Of a stretch of DNA of 64,000 nt, positions 29,809-51,845 are shown piece after piece. The stretch is taken from the NCBI RefSeq assembly GCF_009914755.1, contig NC_060943.1; one strand, 5' to 3'. How positions within the stretch are numbered: the stretch's first letter is position 1; the number at the start of each line of letters is the position of its first letter. The translations under genes and the position numbers were made by a program. The notes under the pieces were generated by a model that was not told the origin of the DNA, searched no databases, and saw only the letters and a program-made list of their open reading frames with translations. Source of the DNA: the human T2T-CHM13v2.0 reference genome, Homo sapiens.

Positions 29809-30670
29809 AAATGCAGGAAATCCTTCAACCAGCTTGAATCACTGAATATGCATTTGAGAAATCACATTAGATTGAAACCCTACGAATGCAGTATATGTGG
29901 GAAAGCCTTTAGTCATAGGTCGTCCCTGCTTCAACATCACAGTATTCATACTGGAGAGAAACCTTACGAATGTATTAAATGTGGGAAGACCTTCAGCTGT
30001 AGTTCAAACCTTACTGTACATCAGAGAATTCATACTGGAGAAAAGCCATATAAATGTAGTGAGTGTGGGAAAGCTTTTAGCAAAGGCTCGAATCTTACTG
30101 CCCATCAAAGAGTACATAATGGAGAGAAACCCAATAGTGTGGTAAGTGTGGAAAAGCCTTTAGATCATATGAATCCCTATACATGTGAGAAATCTTACAG
30201 AAGAGAAGCAGTGTTTATCACGGTAAACTTCATTCATAGATCCTCCCTTATTTAACATCAGAAAAATGTATACTGGGGAAAAGTTGTATGAAGGTGGTGA
30301 ACATGGGAGACTTTTAGCAATGATGCAGATTTTTTTATTAGAGTTTATACTGTAGAGAAATCATATGAAGTCAATAAATGTGGGAAAGCCTTTGTCAGTA
30401 TTAATCCCTTAATTGACCTAAGTATACTCACACTAGGAAAAATCTGTGTACATGTAGCAAATGTGGGAAAGACTATAGGCAATAGGAATCTCCTGCAAAC
30501 TCCTACAGGAGAAAAGTTGTATGAATGTGGAAACTTTAGAAATTGAAGGAATTTTTCAGTTCCAAGTGCATCCCTTATTCTATAGGAAATAAACTGGAGA
30601 CAAATCTCATTTAAGAGATGCAGCAAAGTGTTCACTAAGAGTGTTTATCTTGCCAGACATAAGAAGATGA
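29809..30670 (+). pseudogene. Relic zinc-finger array in the ZNF302 3' UTR (1 broken + 3 intact in-frame fingers, then decayed fingers)
   Basis: ORF 29848..30255 is in frame with the CDS (offset 945 nt); 'tgtgggaaagccttt'-type remnants continue to ~30660. Confidence 0.85.
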
Positions 30671-30755
30671 ATGGTAGAGCAACCTGAAGGATTTAGAAAT
30701 TACATATAAATCTTTGCAGTTATGCTATTTGTAAACAGGATTATATAGGAGAGCA

Positions 30756-30947
30756 AATAAACATAAGTATGCATTTCTTAGAGCAGTAGCTTGCAGTTTC
30801 AGTTGAGTTCTACTTAGAAATTCTTTTTAGCTAGTGGGCATGTGAAGATATTTAGTCACCCAGAGGAGCCAGTAAATGTTATAATGTTAAAAATTAAAGC
30901 TGCAAAAGAAATAAAATGGTGTTAATAAAAATTTGGCATCTAATAAA
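30756..30947 (+). terminator. Cluster of AATAAA polyadenylation signals for ZNF302
   Basis: AATAAA at ~30756, ~30909, ~30924, ~30942. Confidence 0.6.
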
Positions 30948-31489
30948 ATCATTTTGTATATCATGAACTCTTTCTCTGTGACTGTTTGCGACAAAAAAAA
31001 ATTTCACTAAGATTAGCCTTAGTATAGCCTTTAGCGGGAGACTAGCAAACTTCGAGAAGAATGGCCTGCTCTTTATACTAAGAATAGCAGTATTTTGGTG
31101 AGGATTATTGAGTCCATATCCAGTAGGCTTAATTAAATACATTTCAAGAACATTTACTGAGCATTACTCATGTGTATTACACAGGGATGGGATAAAGGAA
31201 TCTAGTAGTTCTGAGCTCTAGTGCTGTGTCGAAATCACTGGAAGGACGTGTTAAAGCACAGATTGCTAAGCCTCAGTCCTAGAGTTTCTGTATGAGTTGA
31301 TTTGAATTTGCATTTTTCACACGTTCTTAGGGGACACTAACACTGTTTGTCCAGAATATAATAATAATGTTATGGTGTCACTGACAACATATTGTTTCCT
31401 CAATCTTACCTATTAACCATTTCTTGAGCATCTTCTGTGGACTTAAGAAACACTCCATACTCCTTAAGAGCTTCGAGATGTGTGTGTGT

Positions 31490-31725
31490 GAAGAGCATTA
31501 AGCTTTGGAGTCTTGTTACCTGGGTTTAAATCCAAGTTACATGTATACTGGCTTTGTGACCTTGGACAAACTGTTTCACTGGGTCATGCTGCAGTTTCTC
31601 CATCTGTAAAATGGTAATAAACCTATTTCACAGCATTATTATGAAAGTTAAATGAGTTAATTGATGCACAATGTTTACAACAATGCCTGGCCTCTCAATA
31701 GCATTCAGTAAGTATTAGCTATAGC
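31490..31725 (+). mobile_element. MIR SINE
   Basis: 'ctgggtttaaatcc...tgtgaccttggacaa...cagtttctccatctgtaaaatgg'. Confidence 0.7.
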
Positions 31726-33117
31726 TATTGATTTCATCATCATCGTCTTCTCATGGTTGCTTCATTATTCTGGTCTCAGATGTCACATCTAATCACTTGC
31801 CACTCTTATCTGTTTACTGTTTCACATTTTTGGGGGAGAGCATTTACAAAACACCCCCGTTTCCTTCCAACAAATCCTTTAGTATCTGAGCCATTTTGAG
31901 GGAATGTTTCTTGCCCAAAATAACCTAAGGAGAAACAAAGAGACCAGATAGGAGATGAGATGAGAATTCAGCAGGTCTCTGAGAAGGAAGAAGGATGCCC
32001 TACAGAGTTGGAAAATGGGCCGAGTGAAGGAGGCATCAGGCTTCCATATGGAGGAAAGGGGAGGGTTTACCCACTGAGACCAGAAGACTACAGGTCTTTG
32101 GCATCATCTCTGAGTACAGAGTCCCATGGGCTGGGTGCCACTGCCCTCACTCTTCCTGAATGGAGGTTACAGCCTGTCATTGAAGGTCACTGATGCCTGG
32201 AAAGTCAGAGTTTTCTTGTTAGCCTTGGGCCAGTCAAATGTGATTAGAACTCAGTTGCTGGTAAACATCTAGAAAGAACCAGTGAACATATCACTGAGCA
32301 CTTCCTGGGAGCTTAATTCTTTGCTGCTGAGGGGGAGTCAGTTTTTAAACAAATTGCAATTGTGTTAGAGGAAAAAAGCTTTATATGCAGAAGTAATTAA
32401 TGGAAGATACAAGACAATGACAAGGCCGTGTGGCCCGTATGGCCCGAGAGGTGCTGAGGGTAAGCACTCTGGCATCAAAGAAATAGGGAAAAACTATAAT
32501 GATCATAATACAATACCGTTAATAGCAGCAGCCACTGCGCCTTGTGTTTGCTTTGTGTGCTGCATTCAGACAATTAAATGCTGTCAGCTCTGGACACAAA
32601 TTGCTAGGTGTGAATTCAGCCTATTGGGACTGTCGCTTGCTTATTCTATACACTTGGGGAAGTCACTTCATTTCCCGATGTCTCCATCAAAACAAAAATA
32701 TTTCTCATCAGGTGGTTGTGAGAATTAAAAGATATATAAAGCAAGCAACAAAGTGCCTCTGCATGGAAGATTGTTGCCGTGTTTTTCCTGCTTTCAATAA
32801 TCTTCCCACATACTGTAAGGTAAATGCCATAATCATCTTTGTGCTAGTGAGCTGAGTGAGTCTCTCTCAGAGTCACACATCTTAGGAATATAGGCTACAT
32901 TTGAACATTTAGTAAAAGACCACACAATATTGCCCTTCTAGGACAGATCTCAGAAGACTGGGATTTCTCTTGGCAACCATAAGGCTCTCTTGCCTCACTG
33001 AACAAAAAACATTTCCTTTGGCCATGCCGCTCCTTCTGCCTAGAATGTGTCCCATACCCCATTTATTACCACGCTTACCTGCCAAGGGAGGCCTGCCTAC
33101 CTTGCAAAGCTCACTAG

Positions 33118-33601
33118 GTGTGTCAAAGACGAACAAAGCTGGACATTAATGACAGTGGTAAGAACAGACTAATTGATAACTATTGCAATGGGGAAAGGAA
33201 TTTGGCATGAAGTCAACTAAGCTTTGATTTGTACAAAGGTAAATGAGTATGTTAAAGGGAGGGTGAAGAAATAGGGGGTGGTGAGGAGCGGTTCAGTGGA
33301 GTCAGAAAAGTGAAAAATTAGGAAGGGAGGGGGCTGGTCTATGTGCAGTCTTATCTGGGTTTGCTACTGGCACTTTTGAGTTAGGCTCATATCCTCCCAC
33401 AGAGGCTGGGAGACAGGGGCCTTATCTTCAGGTGCTGGCTGGAAGAAATTCTTTGGACAGCCTTGAGTTTTTTGGAAAGGCACTTTAGGAGTCATTAGAA
33501 AATGTTAGTGTTGTCAAGTCTCAATAGGCCACAGTTGACAGGCATATTCAAGAAGGCTCAGAGGGGCCTGGATAGAGTTTGGTCAAAGAAAATCTTTGTC
33601 A
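33118..33601. mobile_element. Old ERV LTR (subfamily uncertain)
   Basis: TGTCAAAG...CTTTGTCA termini, ~480 bp. Confidence 0.4.
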
Positions 33602-36342
33602 GGTGTCACCGCAGGCTTCTCCAGCCCACTGAGGAGGAATGGTGGTGAAGACAAAAGAACATAGGCAAGGGATCAAAGTACAGGGTGTGAGTTTCTGCCA
33701 AGAGTTGCGTGACCCTGAGAAGGTAACTTAAGTTTTCCAAATCTCAGGTTCCTTTTCTGTAAAGCAGGAATAATAGAAACTAACTCTGAGAAAATTGGGA
33801 TTAAATGAAGTGCTACATAATGGTGCTACATAACGAGTTACCCTCAGAGCTCAATAAATGTAGCTATTATTGTTATTTAGCCTCTTTGCTCCCACACCAC
33901 CCTGGAAAACCCAACCAAGTCCTGATCTCTACTTTTGTACGTGTGCCACATTCCCTGCACAAAGATTCCAGAAGATGAGAAATACTTAACCTAGAACCAG
34001 CAAGGCCGAAAAAAAAAAAAAAAGACTCTCCTAGTAGGTGACATTGGTGCAGAACAGGGAAGGATGCAAAGGAGGAGAGGAGAGGGAGAGGCACTGCAGA
34101 GATCTGGACTCAGTGTCCCAGGCAGAGGGAAAGACTGGGAAGTCGGAAAGAGCTTGGAATGATCAGGACAGCTTGGCAGGAGAGCAGTGAGCAAAGGAAG
34201 ATGGAGTAGAGGATGCATTTCTAGGACTGTTTCTCTTTAGAAATAGCATCCAGAATGTCCCTGAATGGTGCTGGGCACTGGGAACACACATTAAACATTA
34301 GCCATCTCTGGTACTCTCACCTAGAATGAATGATGGTTAATATTTCCCCTTTAAGCCTTCCTTAGGAAAATGGAGGTGAAAGGTAGCAAGGTAGCTTGCA
34401 CAAGGCCACAGCCCTGAGATAGGGCACAGCACGATCCAAACATGTCTCTGGATTCTGCAGGCGATGCCTCTCCTGAGGATCTGCACATGCTGCTGTACGT
34501 GAATGGTGGGGGGTACTAAGAAGTTGTAGTTCATACTTCCCCACCACATACCACTGATTTCTAGAAAGAGGAATTTTCTCTTGTAATACTTGATGTAACT
34601 CTAGGACTCTGGACAGACAGTGACCCTATCAGCAGGAAGAGAAGGCCTGAAGAATCCCAGGATTCCACGATCTTCCATGTCAGTGTGCCACAGCCATGTG
34701 GTTGAGAGTCCAAGTATGTGAGACTGGGGGATAGTTAATACAACTGTGCTAGGAGGGAAGCGACTATATCAGTACTTCAGACTCAGCTGAACTCTCTCCC
34801 AGGCCCTGCAAAGGTGTCTAGATGGGTCCTATCCTTCTTAGTGGCCTTCCTAGCTTGGTCCCAAAGAGCCTCCTGCATCCACTGGGTGGTGTGGGCAGAC
34901 AAGTCATGTGACAAATGGAAGTTCACCCTTGCAGTACCAAAAGTCCAGCCCATGATAATGCAGGCTGCAGGAAACACTCCTGTCCCAGGCTGTCATTTGG
35001 ACATATGAAGCACATCCTTCTGGGTAATGTAGCTCTTCACCTTATCTGAGGCAATAGCTAAGTAGCATCCAGAGGACCACTAGGAAGAAGCATCAGAAGA
35101 CTTCCATGAGAGTGGTACTTCACATCAGTTCGTATGAACCGGGCTTTCTTGCATGGATAGTTGTTCAATTTGGTGTTTCTGTAGGGAGGAGGGGATGATC
35201 ACTAGAGGATTCTTTTCAACTATTTTATCCTACTTCCTCCCAAAACATGTATTTTTTTCTAAACATGTTTTTGGGTCTTTTTAAAAATACGTCTGTCTTG
35301 TCAAGTGTTCCTTTACTCTCTTGAACATTTCATACAATTTTAATAACTTTTAATATACTTCTTTCCCAATTCTACCATGTGTGTCATTTCTGGGTCTGTT
35401 TATACTGGTTGATTGTTCTGATAATAGGTTATACTTTTCTGCTTCTTTGCCTGCCTGGTAATTATTTTTTCAATGCAAAATATTGTGAAATTTAATTTTT
35501 TAGGTGCTGGATAACTCTGCATTTCTACAAATATTCTTGAGTTTTGTTCTGTTACTCAGTTAAGTTATTTGGAAATAGTTTAATCCATTGGAAACTTTTT
35601 GCAAGTTTTGTTAGGTGGCACAAAGGCAGCCATATGCAAAGTGAATTTTATATAATACCTTTCTTGAGTTATCTACTTGTCTCCCCATGAATAACCAGGG
35701 TATTCCTCTCTGGCTTTAGGAATACAAAGTATTTCCAGCCCTGTGTAAATTCCAGACATTGCTTCCCCCTGCTCCTTTCAGGTGGTTGTTCCCTAGTCTT
35801 GGGCTATTTTCTCACATGCATAAACAGCAGTATTCAGTGAGGACTTAACAGGGACTTTCTGCAGAACCGTGAAGATCTCTCTGTGCAGCTCTCTCCTCTG
35901 TAGTCTCCTGTCCTGAAAATGTAGCCACCTTGGCCACCGTAGAGTCCTAACTCTGTCTCAGGAGCTCAGAGACTGCTGATTTTCCCTGGGATTCCCCCTT
36001 CCTGCTTTGCAGTCTGGAAATTCTCTGAAGGGAATCTGAGGCAATTACTTGGTTCCTTGTTTCCCTCTCCCAGAGATCACTCTTCTGTGCTGCCTGATAT
36101 CCAATTTCTGAAAATTATCATTTTTGTTGAGTGTTCGATGTTCTAGGTGGGAGTGTAAATCTGGCCCATGCTACACCATTGTGGCCAGATACAGTAATCT
36201 TTTTGTCTTGTTTTGATGTCTTATGACATTCTATTTGACTACAAACATGGGGAGAGTGTTATTTCTTATAATAAATATCATGCCAGAGTAGGCAAAGAAC
36301 GTAATGGAATTAAGGATTTCAGGAGTAACTGTGGATTTTGGC

Positions 36343-36360
36343 GGGGGGGGGGGGGGGGGG
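36343..36360. repeat. G18 homopolymer
   Basis: Read directly from the sequence. Confidence 0.9.
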
Positions 36361-36628
36361 CAATATATGCAAATATTTATTGATAATTTCTAGGTGGAGG
36401 ATGTTTCTTTAATGACTAAATTTTTTCCCTTATCTAGCTTACATTTGGTAGTGGCAGAGAAATAACAAAAAAGATAGCCCAACAAATATGAGCATGTTAG
36501 CAGAGAAAGCAGGGAAAGGAGGGAGGCAATTGGAGGGCAGAAAGTGGGTAGAAGAGATACAGCCAGAGAAACTAATAATGTGGCATTGGAGTGGTGTCCT
36601 GAAGAAAGGTTCGGATTGAGTTTTCAGG

Positions 36629-37663
36629 TTTGAAACATATGTTAGCATTCCAGGTTTTGTGCTAAGTGGTAGGTTCATGAATGACTACTACATTGTTAAT
36701 AATCAATCATTCATTGAAGACTGAACTCAAAACTTCCCTAGGGGAAGAGAGTTTCAGAATATAAGATTTGTCACTTCCTAGCATCTTCACCATTCCTCTC
36801 CTCTCTTTTCATTTCCCACCATTTTTCATAGTTCTCCTTGCCATTCCTTGTAATATATATTTGTTCATTTGTTTGTTTTCCGGAGACAGGGTCTCAGTCT
36901 GTCACCCAGGCTGGAGTGCAGTGATGCAGTCATAACTCACTGCAGCCTGGAACTCCTGAGCTCAAGCGATCCTCCCATCTCAGTCTCTGGAGTCACTGGG
37001 ACCACAGGCATGCACCACCACACCTGGCTAATTAAAAAAAAAAATGTAGACATGGAGTCTTGCTATGTTACCCAGGCTGGTCTTGAAGTCCTGGGCTCAA
37101 GCAGTGCTCCTGCCTTGATCTCTCAAAGTGCTGGGATTACAGGTGTGAGCCATCATGCCCAGCTCTTGTAGTTTTTTGATTTTTATACTCTACTTATCAC
37201 TCCAGGACAGTCTTTATTACTCACTTCCTTTGTTGTTCTTTGTCACCTCCTGCCAAGCTCAGCTTCCCTGCCACTCTTCCTCTGTGTCCACCACCCCCTC
37301 GCTTTGCATCATTCCTCCCCTTCATTCTCTGTGTGGGCTGTGCCCCCCTTCCAGGCTCTATATTGGCATCGCCTCTAGGGAAGGGTTTGCCCAGTTTATG
37401 GTGCCAGCAGCAGAGTGTGTGAGCACTTGTTTCTCCACATTCTGACACATTGCTTGTCAGACATTTTGTCCTTGCCAGTCCAATAGAAGAGACAAAAAGC
37501 CATCCCAGGATAAATGTTTTAATGGTGCAGAGACTTATTGAATTAACCTCGATTCATGATGTCCTCCGATAAACTTCTTCATTGAAGGATTATTAGTAAT
37601 GTAGTAGTCATTCATGAACCTACCACCTAGCACAAAACCTGGAATGCTAACATATGTTTCAAA
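36629..37663. repeat. ~90-bp inverted repeat (arms 36629-36720 and 37576-37663)
   Basis: 66-nt core with one mismatch between arms. Confidence 0.9.
36866..37163 (-). mobile_element. Alu (AluJ-like)
   Basis: Reverse Alu consensus. Confidence 0.9.
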
Positions 37664-38605
37664 GCCACTTTTTTTGGTTGTTTTCTTTGAACTTTTCTGC
37701 TAGGAACATTTGCTCCTTTTCCCACCAGTATGTTGGTCTTTTTCTTATCATTTGTAGGAGCTGTGGAGGGACTCCATACATACTAGGAAAATAAGCCAAT
37801 TGTAATATGACTTGCAAATATCTTCACCATAATTTTCTCCTAACATTTTGAATTTTTTTGATGCAGTTGGCCATGCATAATATTTCATTTTTTATGCAGT
37901 CAAATTTATCAATTTGGGTTTTTTAATCTTTGCAATGGTCTTCTTTCTTCTGAGATTCTAAAAGATATTCTTCTTTATTTTTTTCCCAAGAGTTTCATGG
38001 GATTTTTTTTCTTACTCTTTCAATGTAGAAATATTTCAGAGATCTGAAGTTAATTTTGAAGTAGGCTGTGAGAAGTAGAGCCAACTGTTTAATTCCCTCA
38101 GATGTTTAATCAGTAGATTCAACACCACTTTATTTACAAAAAATCCAGATCGCCTTGATTAGCAAGTTACCTTTTTTCACAAAATTTTGATTATTTAGAT
38201 GTATTTCTGTCTTTCCATTGAGAGTTCACTTATTGGTGCATGCTCACATGCATATGTGTGTTTTAAAGAATACTTCATAGGGCTTCTTGTCCCTAATACT
38301 CTATTTTAAAATTCTTTCTCAGCATTTTCACTTATTTTTCTAAGTATATTATGAATGTCATTTAAATGAACCATCCAATAGTAGCATTTTGAGTTTTGTT
38401 TCTTTCATTCATCTTAATCCACGTGAGACTCTTCTATGTTGTTGCATGTGTCAATAGTTTGTTCCTCTTGTGGCTTCATGGAATTCAACTGCATGAGTGT
38501 AACACACTTTGTGTATCCATCCACCAGTTGAACAACATTTGAGTTGTTTCCAGTTTCAATAAACTGAAATCTGAGTAAAACTGTTTATAAATATTGCTGA
38601 TCAGG

Positions 38606-38606
38606 G

Positions 38607-38645
<39 letters not shown>

Positions 38646-38923
38646 TTTGAGATGGAGTCTCCCTCTGTCGCCCAGACTGGAGTGCAGTGGCGTGATCTCG
38701 GTTCACTGTAACCTCTGCCACCCGGGTTCAAGCGACTCTTGTGCCTCAGCCTCCTGAGTAGCTGAGACTACAGGTGGGTGCCACCACACCCAGCTAATTT
38801 TTGTATTTTTAGTAGAGACAGGGTTCCACCATATTGGACAGGCTGGTCTCGAACTCCTGACCTCGTGATCCACCCGCCTTGGCCTCCCAAAGTGGGATTA
38901 CAGGTGTGAGCCAGTGCCCGACC
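38606..38923 (-). mobile_element. Alu (AluS-like) with (AAC)n tail
   Basis: Reverse Alu consensus; (GTT)n run on +. Confidence 0.9.
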
Positions 38924-39049
38924 GCTGATTAGGTTTTTTATGTGAACATAAATCTTCATTCTCTTGGGTGAATACTTAGAAGAGGGATTGTTGGGTCATG
39001 ATAAATGGAAGATTAATTTTATAAGGATAAAGTACATCTTTTTCTTTAA

Positions 39050-40790
<1,741 letters not shown>

Positions 40791-43700
40791 AAATCTTATT
40801 GGTATTTTCATTGTTATTACATTAAACTGGCTTCTATTTTTACCAGAAAACGCACCTTTATTCTATTGAAAATTCCCATTCAATATTTTCATTTATTTAA
40901 ATTCTGTTTATATTTGTCCCTCATGAGGATTTTAGAGTTAAAAAAAAATAGTCATTAGTTGGAGGGATCTGGCAAGATGGCCAAATAGGAACAGCTCCGG
41001 TCTGCAGCTCCCAGCGAGACCAATGCAGAAAGTGGGTGCTTTCTGCATTCTCAACTGAGGTACCTTGTTCATCTCATTGGGACTGGTTAGGCAATAGGTG
41101 CAGCCCATGGAAGGTGAGCAGAAGCAGGGTGGGGCGTTACCTTACCTGAGAACTGAAAGGGGCCAGGGACCTCCCTCCCCCAGCCAGGGGAAGCTGTGAG
41201 GGACTGTGCTATCTGGCCCAGATACTATGCTTCTTCCACAGTTTTTGCAATCTGCAGACCAGGAGATTCCCTCACGTGCCTACACCACTAGGGCCCTGGG
41301 CTTCAAGCACAAAACTGGGTGGCTGTTTGGGCAGACACTGAGCTAGCTGTAGGAGTTTTCATACCACAGTGGTGCCTGGAACCCCAGAGAGACAGAACCA
41401 TACACTCCCCTGGAAAGGGGGCTGAAGCCAGGGAGCCAAGTTGTCTTACTTGATGGGTCCCACTCCCACAGAACCCAGCAAGCTAAGAACCACTGGCTTG
41501 AAATTCTCACTGTCAACACGGAAGTCTGAAGTCGACCTTGGATGATACAGCTTGGTGGGGGGAGGGGTGTCTGCCATTACTGAGGCTTGAGTAGGTGGGT
41601 TTCCCCTGACCCTGCTAAGGACTGGCCTGAACTAAACACAGTGAGGCAAAGTGACTGTGGTCAGACTGCCTCGCTGGATCCTCTTCACTAGGTGGGGCAT
41701 CTCTGAAAGAAAGGCAGCAGCTCCAGTCAGAGGCTGGCTTATAAATAAAACTCCCATCTCCCTGGGACAGAGCACCTGGGTGAAGGGGCAGCTTTGGACA
41801 CAGCTTCAGTGGACTTAAACGTTCCTGCCTGTTGGCTCTGACAAGAGGAGTGGATCCTGACAAGGAAGGTTCTCCCAACACAGTGCTTGAGCTCTGTTAA
41901 GGGACACACTGCCTCCTCAAGTGGGTCCCTGACCCCCATGCCTCCTGACTGGGGGAAACCTCCCAACAGAGGTTGACAGATACCCCATACAGAAGAACTC
42001 TGGCTAGCATCAGGCCGGTGCCCCTCTGAGACAAAGCTTCCAGAAGAAGGAGCAGGCAGCAATCTTTGCTGTTCCGCAGCCTTTGCTGGTGATACCCAGG
42101 AAAATAGGGTCTGGGGCGGACCTCCAGCATACTGCAGCAGACCTGCAGAAGAGGGGCCTGTTAAAAGAAAAACTAACAAACGAACACAATAACATCAACA
42201 TCAACAAAAAGGACCCCCCTACACAGAAACCCCATCCAAAGGTCAGCAACCTCAAAGATCAAAGGTAGATAAATCCATGAAGATGGGGAGAAACCAGCCC
42301 AAAAATGCTGAAAATTCCAAAAACCAGAATGCCTCTTCTCCAAATGATTGGAACCCCTCTCCAGCAAGGGCACAAAACTGGACAGAGAATGTGTTTGACG
42401 AATTGACAGAAGTAGGCTTCAGAAAGTGGGTAATAACAAACTCCTCTGAGATAAAGGAGCATGTTCTAACTAGAATAACAAGTTTAGAGAAGAACATAAA
42501 TGACCTGCTGGAGCTGAAAAACACAGCACAAGAACTTCCTTAAGCATACACAAGTATCAACAGCTGAATCAATCAAGCAGAAAAAAGGATATCAGAGATT
42601 GAAGATCAACTTAATGAAATAAAGCATGAGGACAAGATTAGAGAAAAAAGAATGAGAAGGAATGAACAAAATCTTCAAGAAACATGGGACTATGTGAAAA
42701 GACCAAACCAACGATTGACTGGGGTCCCTGAAAGTGATGGGGATAATGGAACCAAGTTGGAAAACACACTTCAGGATATTATCCAGGAGAAATTCCCCAA
42801 CTTAGCAAGACAGGCCAACATTCAAATTCAGGAAATACAGAGAACAGCACTAAGATACTCCTTAAGAAGTGCAACCCCAAGACACATAATTGTCAGATTC
42901 TCCAAGGTTGAAACGAAGAAAAAAATGTTAAGGGCAGCCAGAGAGAAAGGTTAGGTTACCTACAAAGGGAAGCCCATCAGACTAACAGCAGATCTGTCTG
43001 CAGAAACCCTTCAAACCAGAAGAGGGTGGGGCCCAATATTCAACATTCTTAAAGAATTTTTAATCCAGAATTTCATATCCAGCCAAGCTAAGTTTCATAA
43101 GTGAAGGAGAAATAAAATCCTTTGCAAACAAGCAAATACTGAGCAATTTTGTCACCACCAGGCCTGCCTTACAAGAGCTCCTGAAGGAAGCACTAAATAT
43201 GGAAAAGAAAAACTGGTACCAGCCACTGCAAAAACACCAAAATATAAAGACAAGTGACACTATAAGAAACTGCATCAACTAACATGCAAAATAACCAGCT
43301 AGCATCATGATGACAGGATCAAATTCACACATAACAATATTGACCTTAAATGTAAATGGGCTAAATGCTCCAATTAAAAGATACAAACTGGCAAGTTGGT
43401 AGAGTCAAGACCCATTGGAGTGTGTATTCAGGAGACTCATCTTACATGCAAAGACATATATAGACTCAAAATAAAGGGAATGAGGAATATTTACCAAGCA
43501 AATGGAACTCAAAAAAAAAGCAGGAGTTGCAATCCTAGTCTCTGATAATACAGATTTTAAACCAGCAAAGATAAAAAAAGACAAAGAAGGGCATTACATA
43601 ATGGTAAAGGGATCGATGCAACAAGAAGAGCTAACTATCCTAAATATATATGCACCCAATACAGGAGCACCCAGATTCATAAAGCAAGTTCTTAGAGACC

Positions 43701-44154
43701 TACAAAGAGACTTAGACTCCCACACAATAATAATGGGAGACTTTAATAGCCCACTGTCAATATTAGATCAACAAGACAGAAAATTAACAAGGATATTCAG
43801 GACTTGAACTCAGCTCTGGACCAGGCAGACCTAATAGATATCTACAGAACTCTCCACCCCAAATCAACAGCATATACATTCTACTCAGCACCACACAGCA
43901 CTTACTCTAAAGTTGACCACATAAGTGGAAGTAAAACACTCCTCCTCAACAAATGGAAAAGAACAGAAGTCATAACAAACAGCCTCTCAGGACACAGTAC
44001 AATCAAATTAGAACTCAGGATTAAGAAACTCACTCAAAACCACACATCTACATGGAAACTGAACAACCTGCTCCTGAATGACTAATGGGTACATAATGAA
44101 ATTAAGGCAGAAATAACGAAGTTCTTTAAAACCAATGAGAAGAAAGATACAACT

Positions 44155-44500
44155 GGCTGGGCACAGTGGCTCACACCTGTAATCCCAGCACTTTGGGAGG
44201 CCAAGGCAGATCACGAGGTCAGGAGATTGAGACCATCCTGGCTAACACTGTGAAAGCCTGTCTCTACTAAAAATACAAAAAATTAGCCGGGTGTGGTGGC
44301 GGGTGCCTGTAGTCCCAGCTACTGGGAGACTGAGGCAGGAGAATGGCATGAACCCGGGAGGCAGAGCTTGCAGTGAGCCGAGATCACTGCCACTGCACTC
44401 CAGCCTGGGCAACAGAGTGAGACTCTATTCTCAAAAAAGAAAGAAAGAAAGAAAAAGAGAGAGACGAAAGAAAGAGAGAAAGAAAGAGAGAGAGAAAAAG
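44155..44500 (+). mobile_element. Alu (AluY-like) with (GAAA)n tail inside L1 ORF2
   Basis: Diagnostic 'ccatcctggctaacac' and 'gaatggcatgaacccgggaggcagagcttgc'. Confidence 0.88.
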
Positions 44501-44768
44501 AAATAACATACCAGAATCTCTGGGACACAGCTAACGCAGTGTTTAGGGGGAAATTTATAGCACTAAATGCCCACATCAGAAAGCAAGAAAGATCTAAAAT
44601 CGACACCCTAACATCACAATTAAAATAACTAGAGAAGCAAGAGCAAGCAAATTCAAAAGCTAGCAGAAGACAAAAAATAAGTAATATACTACCAGAACTG
44701 AAGGAACTAGAGACATGAAAAACCCTTCAAAAAATCAATGAATCCAGGAGCTGGGTTTTTTTTTTTTT

Positions 44769-44969
44769 AAGTTTTTATCATGTTTATTTAACTACAGGTA
44801 TAGGATGAAGATGCACTTCAAATATCATGGGAAATTAAATATTCTGTGTTGGTCTACTCTTTTAAATTTCAGTGTACCTCTTCTTAACTAAAGAGAAATG
44901 TCTTAAACCTCTTTACACTTTACATCCATTTTATGCATTTAGATTCTTCTCCAGTATTTCATTTATTCA
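44769..44969 (-). other. L1 3' transduced non-L1 sequence (201 nt)
   Basis: Lies between two T-runs (44756-44768, 44970-44978), inside the TSD, with its own AATAAA on - (44783-44788). Confidence 0.85.
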
Positions 44970-51082
<6,113 letters not shown>

Positions 51083-51653
51083 ATGGAGCTGGGTTTTTTT
51101 TAAAAGATTAACAAAATAGATAGACCACTAGCCAGACTAATAAAGAAGAAAAGAGAGAAGAATCAAATAGACACAATAAAAAATGATAAAGGGGACATCA
51201 CCACTGATCCCACAGAAATACAAACTACCATCAGAGAATACTATAAACACTTCTATGCAAATAAACTAGAAACTCTAGAAAAAATGGATAAATTTTTGGA
51301 TGCATACACCCTCCCAAGACTAAACCAGGAAGAATTTGAATCCCTGAATAGACCAATAATAAATTCTGAAATTGAGGCAGTAATTAACAGCCTACCGACA
51401 GCAACAAAAAAAGCCCAGGACTAGATGGATTCACAGCCAAACTCTACCAGAGATACAAAGAGGAGCTGGTACCATTCCTTCTGAAACTATTCCAAACAAT
51501 AGAAAAAGAGGGACTTCTCCCTAACTCATTTTATGAGGCCAGCATCATCCTGATTCCAAAATCTGGCAGAGACACACCAGAAAAGAAAATTTCAGGCCAG
51601 TATCCCTGATGAACATCGATACGAAAATCCTCAATAAAATACTGGCAAACTGA

Positions 51654-51845
<192 letters not shown>

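Noticed and set aside
34337-35008. Short ORFs examined as the missing SCGB2B exon 2
   Set aside because: No CP..F...KIQ.C pattern or suitable 188-nt exon was seen.
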